Source: Harriotta raleighana (Eukaryota). From it: a stretch of 64,000 nucleotides of DNA. The position numbers were made by a program, and so were the translations under genes. The notes below the pieces were generated by a model that had not been told where the DNA came from, did no database searches, and worked only from the letters and a program-made list of their open reading frames with translations. This document shows, piece by piece, positions 26,581 through 37,420 of this stretch (positions are counted from its first letter, which is position 1; each line of letters opens with the position of its first letter). The stretch is taken from NCBI GenBank assembly GCA_050575255.1, contig JBNZDD010013726.1, forward strand, positions 4,609,036 to 4,673,035, given 5' to 3'.

Positions 26581-29014
26581 TCGGTGTTAGAGTGACCAAA
26601 ATATAATGATTAAATGGTCTGAAGAACTTAGTACAGTACTTCTGACGACTGGATGCAGCAAAGTTATGAAAGGGATGGACAAAACTGATGTTAAAAAAAT
26701 CCACATTTTCTTTCTTTTTGAATTCCCCAATTTTCTTATATCTACTTTCTACTGATCCTAAGTCCCTCAATTGTCACAGGCAAGTTGGCTGGCCTCTGTT
26801 AATGCTGTACTGTATTTGGCCACTAGGAGATGTGTGAGAGCAACTCCGAATGTCTTGTCAAACAATTTTCTCTCTCCTGCGAAAATCGTTCGTCCTCTGC
26901 TCATTTCTCCAAATATTGGCATGGCCTACTTAAGCTGCTCATTGTGTGGGAAATTTATAAGTGGTTTGTAGTGAATTACTGTAAAGGTCTTTGAGACATT
27001 TCAACATGATGAGGTGCAACAAAATTAAGTTGCTTTTTTCTGAGTGTGCATAAACATTGCAATTTCACAAGCATTTCATCATATGACTAATGTAAAATAA
27101 TGATTTGAAATTATATTCCTATGAATGGAATAGGTTCCTTTTTTTTATTTTGTCTGGAATTCTTCATAATCTTAGACAGGATACGAGTCACGTTAATTGG
27201 AGAGGATAGTCCCAGTACTGTACATTATTTTCAAATCAAGATCACTGAAAAGTTGTTTTAACTTTCTAAATTAAGTCCAAGGTCATGAAATGTCAGGAAA
27301 ATTCAAAAACTGTAACATCATTATATATGGGCTGACTTTTCTGTTTAGTGTTCAGATTCGATAATAAATTAGTTTCCAAGTTAAGTTCAGCTCTCGCCAG
27401 CTCACTTTTCCAAGTTACATCAAACAATATCGTTATTTGACGTGCATTATTTTGACAGGATACGATTACATATGAGTCAAAATGTTACATGTTCAGAGAA
27501 GTCTCAAAGGGGAAAACCCAGCTAAACCAGAGCCTGATTTGCATAAGGATTCTGTATAAGATTATTGAAAATATGTTTTGCATTGTGCAACCTTCAATGG
27601 AATTTCATTACTAAACGCTGTAGTGGAAAACCTATGCATCAACCACCGAGATTGTCTTTATTAAATAAACAAAATAATTCATCTAGTTTCAGAAGCAATT
27701 GAACCTTTGAAAGATTTCACTTGCTTCAGAATTGTGCAAAACATATTTATAGCTCACATATAGAAAGGAGATTTTTAAACAATATGTTTTATTATAATGG
27801 TGCCGATTTAAAATTAGTAAGTCTTAATACGATTCATCATTTCACACCTGTTGAGTCAGGCATCAAGAAGACAGATGTGAATTTTTATCTCTATTTGAAA
27901 GACAATATGGTTGACACAGCACAAAATCATTTCCAAGCCTCAACCTGCCTGGAGAGTGATTTTCCATTCAGTATCAGATTAACATTTCGACAATAGTATA
28001 TCATTGCCACACTGCCAATTAATAATAATGCAAGGTGGAAAATTCTCACTCGCCTTTGACAGTGCTATAACAGAGCCTCATTAAATGTCTGCTGCTGTTA
28101 TACCCATTATGAAAATATAATTCTAGAAATAACATATTGGAAAACATTTGCTGACTAGATTCCAAAATAAATTCCTTTAGTCATTGAAGGTTAATAATTC
28201 TGGTTCAGAGGATTAAAAATCATTTGTAGATACACCAGCAAAACAAAAATCATTCACTGAGACTGAATATGCTATACCGTAGCTGGATTAATTAATATAC
28301 AGGTAGATCAATACAATGTTTTTTAGCGCCATTTCTTGATCCATATTCTGGAATATGTGAATACGCTAGTCATTTGCCTAAAATGTATTAACATTGAAAT
28401 GTGCAGAGCACAAGTCTTGGAGATCTTACATTAACTAATCATTTCCAAACCATTCCAGTAACATGTAATCATTCTGACTGAAAGATGTAGATTTAGATTT
28501 GTTTCCTGGTTACTATGATGGTTTTCTATTAATATATTGTATATCAGTTTGTCAGACAAGTCATTTACACCACCAGCAAATGGAAACAATACCCTTTACG
28601 ATTCTTTAATGACCATGACTGACTCACTTTGCAGATATTAATACTTTCCCATATTACAAACGAACACATGCCAAATAAGCAGCCAAGTCAAAATTCTTTT
28701 CTGCAGCCTTGGCTTGCTTTCATAATTGCCCCCTTTGAGAGGTAACATGGGAAAAAATTACAGATCTCACTTATTTCTGTGACAGAGAAGCTTTACATAT
28801 GTTTTCCACTGGTAGCTTTGTACCATAACTCTTTACTGCGCTGAATCTGGATCTAATCTATAGCCTCTGTGCAAAACGTATTCCTAAACGTATCCTGGCT
28901 ACAGTCATCATAAGAGTTTATGATAGGCTGTGTTTATTTATAACAATGCAGAATGACAGACTGAACAGAACAAAGTTAAAGAGAATAATTATTGTGAGGT
29001 ATGGCAAAACTTAC

Positions 29015-29067
29015 CGCTTCATATCCTCCAAGTTTTTGAGCAGCTTGAAACATAGTCCAAAGGTTAA
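29015..29067 (-). CDS. ARID5B: ARID5B coding exon (exon 7 equivalent; ARID domain)
   Basis: Acceptor CCCTTCTAACAG|TT, donor GCG|GTAAGT; 53 nt, phase 1-0. Encodes (I)NLWTMFQAAQKLGGYEA. Confidence 0.97.
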
Positions 29068-31252
29068 CTGTTAGAAGGGACAATAATAAATGTAAAGATA
29101 AGAATTTCAGGGAAAAAAGCTCTTCACTGTCAGACTTCAGAAACAGACAGCAATAGTAAACCTTCATTTATAATATTACTACAATGAGAAAATAACATTA
29201 GAAAGATGCATCACAAATAATTTAACATCACTTGGAAACTGGCTGGTTAGGGCATGTTTAATTCCACCAATGTGTAATATATGCAAAGTATTTTGAGCAT
29301 TGCTGATTGTGAAAGAAATACTGTTTTAAAGATAATACTTTAAATGTTCACTATCAGATTAACATGATAGCCCCTGTTGAAATCATTCCGCTTCATATCT
29401 TTTTAGTGATAATATTTACATTGTAAGAAATCCTTGCTGCTTTGATATAGTAGTTAAATGTTGTCAAAAATAAATGGTAATGAGTAAAACAGGCTTCGGC
29501 ATGTTATTTTCATCAAACAAGTATGAGCCAGTAACAATTAACGAAGGGTAAACTGCTGAGTTCCTGCATTGGGAAACCACTAAACAGAGATAAACTTCAT
29601 GGAGTAAGTCACTATATCAAGTATCTGTTGAATATTCAATGTTACAATGGTCCACATTTTTAAAAATGTTGCACTTTTCCTTTTCTTTTCTTTTGGAGAT
29701 TGTTCTAATGGCCATGTGTGGCTTAATGTCCAATCCTCCGAGAACTCTTTACCTGGTTGTATTTTTCTACCTGCTTGTTTACTGCTTATTAGTGTGTTCA
29801 CAGCAATTTATGTACACTTTGATAACTGTCTGCATATAAATATCCCCATTCATATGTCAGAGCTATTCTTGGTTACCTGCTAAGGTAAAGGAGCAACAGA
29901 TTGCTCTGATAGTTCTGGCGTTTTAAGCAGCCACATCACCCACACATCATGTTTTTTTTAAAAAGCGGTTTACCCATAGGAAAAAATAGGCTTTGCACAC
30001 ATTTGAAACTTCCATTATGGCAACATTTTCTAAATGCCCTCTCGTAAAATTCTTCACAAATCTCAAAACAGGTCCACATGCAGAGTTGAATCTTGGCTTT
30101 TATGTAAATAAAGCACTGGCTGCTGATTTAGTCAATAAAAGTTGGATGGTAAATTTTTGAGGACGAGAAAACTCTCTGACAGTGTGCCATATACATTGGA
30201 TTTTATTGTATATATTCTAATCTTACGAGTTATTGTATCCAGTTCTTTCACATTGTTAACTGCTTCAGAATAATCTGCAGCAGTAGTACTAAGTCATGAA
30301 TGTTCACACAATGGGCAAGTGCCCTGAGGTAATTCTCAACAAACTTTAATGACACAGACTTCTCTGGTAACACCATTAGAGCCACTACAGATCAAAGATA
30401 AAACAAATTGTACTTTACATCATCACTTGAGTTTAAACAGGGCATTCAGAGGTGATCTAAAAAACATCTGTGCAAATGTTGTTCCTTGGCTATATAGGGT
30501 TACAGGCTTAAAGCCTATTTACACTACAATATGTTTTATTCTGAAATGAATCTGATATGGACTTAATTATGTGGTGAAATTTCTTTAATAGATCTCGTGC
30601 ATCAATTATTGTGCTATAACATCTGTTTTCCCATGGATTTCAAACCACTAGCCAGAGGTTTAAAGCACACTGACACAATGAGTGTTTGTGAAGTTCCTAC
30701 TTTATTTTCCAGAATCCTGGGTTTGGTCTGTGTGTGCAGAGAACCAGATCATATAAATCCACACATGGATCGCGTAAGGATCTGATCAATCATGTAATCG
30801 CCTTTACCAAATTAACAGAAGCAGAGACCAGAAATTGAATTGTTTGAATTTCACACAATGTTGCCTCTGGCCTTTTGTAGCTGTCCATGTTCTAGATATT
30901 TACACCAGTTAGTGGGCTCGTCGGATAAAGATTCTTCCCATTATCATTATGTTACTGATCATGTTACGGGTTCCACACATGTGCAGAAATAACATTATAA
31001 ATGCCTGCCATTCACACACCAGGATCAGTCACGCTGGATGGTTATGTCAATGTGGGCATCTGATGTCATATATGATTCACCCACTGGTGCCTCAAAATAT
31101 GCTGCCTCTGTTTCGTTGTTTCTGGTGAAGGGGACTAACTTCAGGTCAGTATCGGCACCAAGTCATTAAAAGTGTAAACCCAGAGGCACACAGTTTGAGC
31201 CATAAAAGATCTCTTAAGCATCAGAAGGTGTTAGTGAAATGGGTCCACAGGT

Positions 31253-31350
31253 ATACAGTCACTTCATGTTACAGCATGTTCTGTGAAGCACTTTGCGACG
31301 TCTAGAAGACGTGAAAAGCGCTATATCAAATGCAAGAATTATTATTATTT
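31253..31350 (+). mobile_element. 5'-truncated SINE family A tail
   Basis: TTCTGTGAAGCACTTTGCGACGTCTAGAAGACGTGAAAAGCGCTATATCAAATGCAAGAATTATTATTATT, nearly identical to 63397-63468. Confidence 0.85.
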
Positions 31351-32377
31351 ATTGTATTATTCTCCTTGTAGGGATCTGTGGAACTGGATTCTGTCTATAA
31401 GTGGTAAAAACACTGAGCCTGGTCTTGGAGATGCATAGAGCACTGGACCACAACAATGTTTCCTGAAAAGAAGTGGCCCTTGAAGAGCTGAACACAATTA
31501 CTTTTACTAGCCTGCCTTAATACAAAACAAATCCTACGTTTCTTGAAAAGCATAGAGCATTAAAACGTATGATGCTTCTGATTCACAAGTTACACTTTTC
31601 TGAATTATTATAGGTGTTATTTATTGTTATTACAGTTCTGCACATATAAAAACATCTCGAACATTTGAAAAAAAAACTGATGAATCTGAGCCCATAATAG
31701 CAGATGCAAAAGAAATGGATCAAATACTTGGAAGTAAAGAAGGAGCATTCAGCACTTGTAGGATAAGACATAAAACATTGGGGCAAATTGCCACCCCCAT
31801 GGGCTCCAAACTAAGATTCTATGATCTATGGAAAGAATTCAATGCAATAATTTTGACATTAATAGCTTATAATGTGTTATCACCATCTAATTCCTTATTG
31901 TACATGACTTGCAATCATTGAGTTCATTAGTAGCAGAAAGACCTCTCTGTAACGCATTAACTGATACAGGAATACTGAGATGGTACATGCCAAGAACATG
32001 CCGAAATAATACTCTGTATTCTAAATGTAGCAACTATGGCAATGTGCACTTTTAACTGGAAAATTCCTGTGGTCAACCCTTTAGCACCAAGAATAACTTT
32101 TTATTTTGTTGACAAACAGTTGGATACCCCCAGATAGGCTGAAGAACAGTCAGATCTGAAAACTGATGTGACTCAGATGTTAACTGATCATAGTACATCC
32201 CTTATGCAATGTAGTCCTGACTGATAAAAGCATATTCCTGAGTTGGAATATTTTTAAACTACTGCAGTGCTGTTACTTCTGCCACCTGATTTATTAATGG
32301 ATCAGTACTCAGTACAGATATAATACTTTTTCTTGTCCTAAATGTTAGATATTTTAGTAAAAAAAAATTACACATAC

Positions 32378-32582
32378 TTTGTTTAAATCCAAGATAAGGG
32401 ATCCGTTCTATTGGAGTGCTTCTTTCCTTCATGTATTTGTAGAGTTCAACAAGGAAAGCTTGCTCCTCTGCTCTGCACTCATCACCTGATGCAGTCTTTG
32501 ATTTTTCATGACTTGTGATGTTTTTGCAGTTGCTGTTGTTATTTTTGGGTTTTGCCATCATAGTTTTAGACTCACATTTTGA
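32378..32582 (-). CDS. ARID5B: ARID5B coding exon (exon 6 equivalent; start of the ARID domain)
   Basis: Acceptor TTTTCTTTCTCAG|TCA, donor CAAA|GTATGT; 205 nt, phase 0-1. Encodes SKCE...ECRAEEQAFLVELYKYMKERSTPIERIPYLGFKQ. Confidence 0.97.
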
Positions 32583-32799
32583 CTGAGAAAGAAAATAGGC
32601 AGAATTTACAACAGCAGCAACATTTCCCATTTGACGTTTTCTACATAAACCCACGTTTCATTATGCAGTACTTCAGTGTAATTTCCTTGGGATTGATTTG
32701 ACTGGCATGATATCTATTGAATGATATTTTGAACACAATTGCAACCAATTATAGGGAAAAAAAGGCCAGGACTTGAATTAGTTTGATGAACGTGCCTAC

Positions 32800-32918
32800 C
32801 TTTGCGATGTTTTTTCCATCTGAATCATCATTGGAATCTTTCAATCCATTCAGAGCTTGTGAGTCTCGTCGTTGTGAGCCGGACTTTTTCTTGCGAGGTC
32901 TGCCCTTGAGATTTGGTG
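32800..32918 (-). CDS. ARID5B: ARID5B coding exon (exon 5 equivalent)
   Basis: Acceptor TTTTTGATTTCAG|CA, donor AAG|GTAGGC; 119 nt, phase 1-0. Encodes (A)PNLKGRPRKKK...QRRDS...KDSNDDSDGKNIAK, including the GRPRKKK basic motif. Confidence 0.96.
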
Positions 32919-35322
32919 CTGAAATCAAAAAGAACCCCAAATGTTCAGTTGTCAGTATGTTTTCAGGACTGATAGGTGTTTATAGACACATAGCTAGATT
33001 TATACAGTACAATTCAACAACATAAAATGTTAACTAATTACCCATTCCCAGTCTGAACATGAAGTACAAAATCTCACAATAATTTCAGGTTCCAAAAGAA
33101 TACATCAGAAGGGCTTATTAGAGAAAGTGGAACTCTGCGATATGAAAATGTGCACATGTATATATAAAAGCTGCTTTATCTTTTAGGTTAGAAGTAGCAC
33201 ACACAACTAAATACACAATAAAGCAAAATATGCTATTGAGAGAAGGCCAATCACAGAGCTTTAAACTAAAATCATACTTGGAAACCCCTCAATTTTCCCA
33301 CCCCAGCCATCCTCCCAACCCAACCCACATTATCATTTTTGTTTTGTTTTGTACCAAACTGCCATTAGGTGAGAAACTCCCATTTTCAATTCTTTCCTAT
33401 TTCACTTTCTTTTCTCACTTTCATTCTGTCAGTGTTGGATATATTTTTCCATCCTCTGTGATTTTTAACCAAATGCTTCAGTGGGCATTATGTTGCAGTC
33501 CACCACCACATGTTTTCCACATGGGTTTTGGCAGATAAGTCAATGGTGGGTTCTGTTTCCAAGCTTACATACAAAGAGAGGCCCGGTCTACCTTCATTTC
33601 TAGGTCGCTTCCAATACAAATTTTGCAAAACAGCTCAGCGATATCAAACCATTCACTGTTTATTATAGCTCTATTATAATGCAAAAGTTTGCGATGAATT
33701 GCACAAATTGTGTGCAAATAATTTAATTGTTAACTAACACAATTTTACAATATTTGGAGCCTCAAGCGTCACTTTGAGATTTGATTTATTGTGTTTTTTC
33801 AATCTTTCAAATATATCAACCCTAGTAAAAGCAGAAACACTGTTGTAAACCATGCCAAATATGCTGTGTTAATACAGAGTAATCTTAGAAGTAAGGATTC
33901 TTTCATCCAACTAACACTCTGAATGCACAATTTAAATGCAATTTGTTTCACTAGTCATCATATCGCTGTATTGATGAATCCGAACAATACAATAACTCCC
34001 AATCTGCTCTCATTCACTGACAACAATGCAAATGACATGCTCATACAGTACCAGTGTAATGCCTCAGGAATACATTTTACGCCACGGATACATGAATTCC
34101 TCTATTTGAAATGATGAAATAAAAAAAAGACTTCAAGTAATTATGCTTCTCCCAAAGCAGCAGTATTCTGAAATTAAATAAGAGCTACCTAAAAAAATGG
34201 AAAGCTTGTTTTATTTAAGTCTTTGGGACTAGACTGTATTCAGTTCCAAAACATTTATGAGATTTGGGAACATTAATTATAGCACTGCACATTTGAAAAG
34301 CTAAATTCATACTTTCTTTGGAATAATATCATAACAGGCAACCGTGACATCAAACGTAGGATGTAATAAGAAAGGATTCTGACCCAATTACTGTGTATGT
34401 ATCCAGTAGCCAGAGCCTATTCTAATGGCAGAATGTGGGGTTTAACTGTAAGCTGTAATTAACAAAGTACGGATTTTAAAACATAGAACTGTCACAGAAA
34501 ATATAATGCTGTATGTGCTATGAAAACCTGCTGGGATGTTTAAAGACCACAAGGCTTGTATTTATATTTTAATTAAAAGAAAGCAAGTCAAATCATAAAT
34601 ATTTAACAACTCTAACTTTGCTACAGATTCTTTAATCTTTAATTAGATTGTTTCAGTATTCTGAATTATTCATCTTTAAATAAATTCGGGAAAAGTACAA
34701 GTTAAGGTTGATACATTTATTCTGGTAAAATGCCTAGATTGCTTTATATACACAGTATATCGACAAAAGGGAAATATTGGTCAATTAAGTTTGTTGTGTA
34801 ATGAGAAGTGTTGTTCCTTTCATTAGTAAAATCTTCCTAGTTGTACGCTAGTGAGTATTCTAAGTATGTTTAACAATATTGTTGAATTTCATGGTGACTC
34901 TTAAAAATCAAAGCCTGAAGAGACAATCCAACTAGTGATTAAAGAATTACAAAAAATAACAGTTGGTTTAAAATACCTCAACAGTGATGTTGAAATATAA
35001 TGGTATCCTGTACTTATTACAGTAAAAAATAACTACTGTATTTATTTTCTTCCCCAAACACATACCACATATAACGTGAATTATGAAATGTTAATTGATT
35101 TTATTACACAGCCACTATAATGTGGCTCTCTTTCAATTCAGTTCGCTAATGCTATTGTTAAAATACTTCCTCCAGATTAAACACTACAACCTGCAATGAG
35201 TCATTTAATGTGCAACACTTTTTCTACACTGCGAATATTTAACATCCTTCTATATAGAGGAAGGAACAAGAGCCAGTCAAAGAATATAACAGACACACAG
35301 AATAAACAGAAAAGTATTTTAC

Positions 35323-35610
35323 CCATTTTAGCTGAATCAACCTTGTCCTACTAGCTTCAAACATTAATATTGCAGCATGTGACAATATGCAGCATCGCTG
35401 CCATTCAGATGCACAGTAAATTGAAACTCTGGTGAATTATCGTAGCATTTCCTCTCTGCCCACAACTTCTCGCTCCCACTCAAACGCCGATTACTCATGT
35501 AATAGCAGATCACTGACAAAACAAAAAGTGGGATGGACTGCCTGGCAAAAATACTTGTGAGCTAAGCTGCTCGAGGGCTATTTGTCGTCATCTTGTCCCA
35601 CCTCCCTTTC
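35323..35610 (-). promoter_or_regulatory. ARID5B: Putative internal promoter and alternative first exon of the short ARID5B isoform
   Basis: AAAATGG|GTAAAA (ATG at 35326-35324, phase-1 donor) splices in frame to exon 5, giving MAPNLKGRPRKKK. Upstream are a GGGAGGTGGG Sp/KLF-like box (35606-35597), a TGACG half-CRE (35590-35586) and more CpG than the flanks. The 5' limit is approximate. Confidence 0.65.
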
Positions 35611-37241
35611 TGTAAGAGTGATTTCAGTTACTGGAGTTATTTTGCTGGTCTGATTATGAATTAATTTGAAGCGTACTGTGTATGCCTGCTGTGCAGGCTA
35701 GTTACTCATTTCTAAGAATGTGGCACAGAAAGAGCTGCTGGCTCTCAATTTCACGTACTCCAATTTGGTATTTATAGTACATTTAACATTTTGAGTTCTG
35801 GCTCTGTGTTTTATGTGACAAATGATATATTTTGCACTTGTACACAATTTATTTTCTAACAAAATTAACTATATGGTTAACGAAGGCAACATAGATGGAT
35901 TGAAGTAGTTTGTGTGTACTTTTCAAATGCATTAAACCAAAACATAAGCACAATAACAGCCCTGCTTAGCTGAACCGTTACCAAAAGAATTATTAAAAAG
36001 CAGGATAACTGTTTGTTAGGCTTAAGCTAGTAAATTATTGAAAGCAATGAAAGGTTTTCAGATTGTTCCTCAATGCTGCTTCTACCTATGAGTAAACAAG
36101 TAATTTAGTGTGTTTTTGATAGATCCATTAAGAGATTTGCTTGCCAAATGGTGCATTTTGCGATTAAATGAATACCACCAAGGAATGGTTGTGTGCCAGT
36201 GGCTGGACAAAATGTCTTCCCTAAGGCAAATGATTTCATTTCTTCAAGACAGCCACAGATTTCACATTGGAGGTGGTAAACTTCAAAGTCCACATAAAAT
36301 GCGGTAGTTTGTAAGCAAAAGTTAATGCATCACAGATCATTTCACACTTACCATACAAACAACTGACCAGATACTGCAATTAGCTAAAAGGAGAACAATG
36401 ATTGTTTTAGCAGTTCACAAGCTAAATATTCTCACCTAAGAGCTGAAAGTCTCCACTATAAAGGGAAACTTATCTCAGCAATTTATGCCTCTGAAAAGAG
36501 TAACTAAATCTCACATTGGAAAATGTTTATTAGCCTTATGTAAGATATCCTCACATGATATTTGTGAACATAAAACCTTTGCCGTTTAAATATCAGGGCA
36601 TGTAAATCAAGCACTGCAGCAATCTTAACAAAGGATTATTTTACAGCGAGGCATAAATTTATTCTTGACTATTAAGTTTCACATGGTAGTGCCAGAATGT
36701 GAACAAAACAACCTCTTAATTACTGCAAATGAAAATCCAATTTAGTATCACTGGAACATGATCCCATTACTTCAGTTATTGTACTCCTTCCATAATTCTT
36801 TTGTGGACCAAAACACAGTATAAACAGTTCAATCAGTTTCCAACCATCTCCCTTTTGGGATCTGGCAACCAACATCCTGTCTCATTATGTCTATGATTAA
36901 AGCAACGATGCCAGATATTCTGAAGTAGAGAAACCTCTAAATAGCAGCACGACCGCATCCACTCTTTTTATTAGCACTGTCTGTGAATAAGGCCTTTAAT
37001 TCAAGGTTGCTTGTTTAGTTTTAGTTCAGTTTAGTTAGATTTGGGAAATATTTGAATTCTATCATATAAAATCTTGGTTGAGTATTTAATGTCAAGGGTA
37101 AAAACCCTTGCTTGTCCAAAATCTTGAGAGGTCATCCTGATGTGAAAGGCTTTATATGATGGCAATTTTATTGTTTATTCTTATTTACTGAAGAAAATCT
37201 CACCTTCTACAAGTTCCAGTTCAAGAAATAAGATGTCATAT

Positions 37242-37420
37242 ACAACAACAAAATTACACTTGTATAGCCCCATTCACGTCGGCGGGACGTCCCAAAGCGC
37301 TGAACAGTCGGGTCGGGATCCAAGCAGGAAGGAGTTTTGGGGGTAGGGGGAGGGGGAAGGAGAGTGGGAGAGGGGGAAGAGTCAGGGGGGGAGCCAAAGG
37401 CGCGGTCGAAGAGGAATGTG
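37242..37420 (-). mobile_element. L2-type 3' end fragment (CpG-rich, so probably relatively young)
   Basis: Minus strand: C-rich tract, then CAGCGCTTTGGGACGTCCCGCCGACGTGAATGGGGCTATACAAGTGTAATTTTGTTGTTGT. Confidence 0.75.

Noticed and set aside
28790-28815. CAGTGGAAAACATATGTA (minus strand) resembling the QWKHIY codons of exon 8
   Set aside because: Short, frameshifted and without extended similarity; not supportable as a duplicated exon.
36345-36358. ATG|GTAAGT on the minus strand as an alternative first exon
   Set aside because: A phase-0 donor would be out of frame with the phase-1 exon 5.
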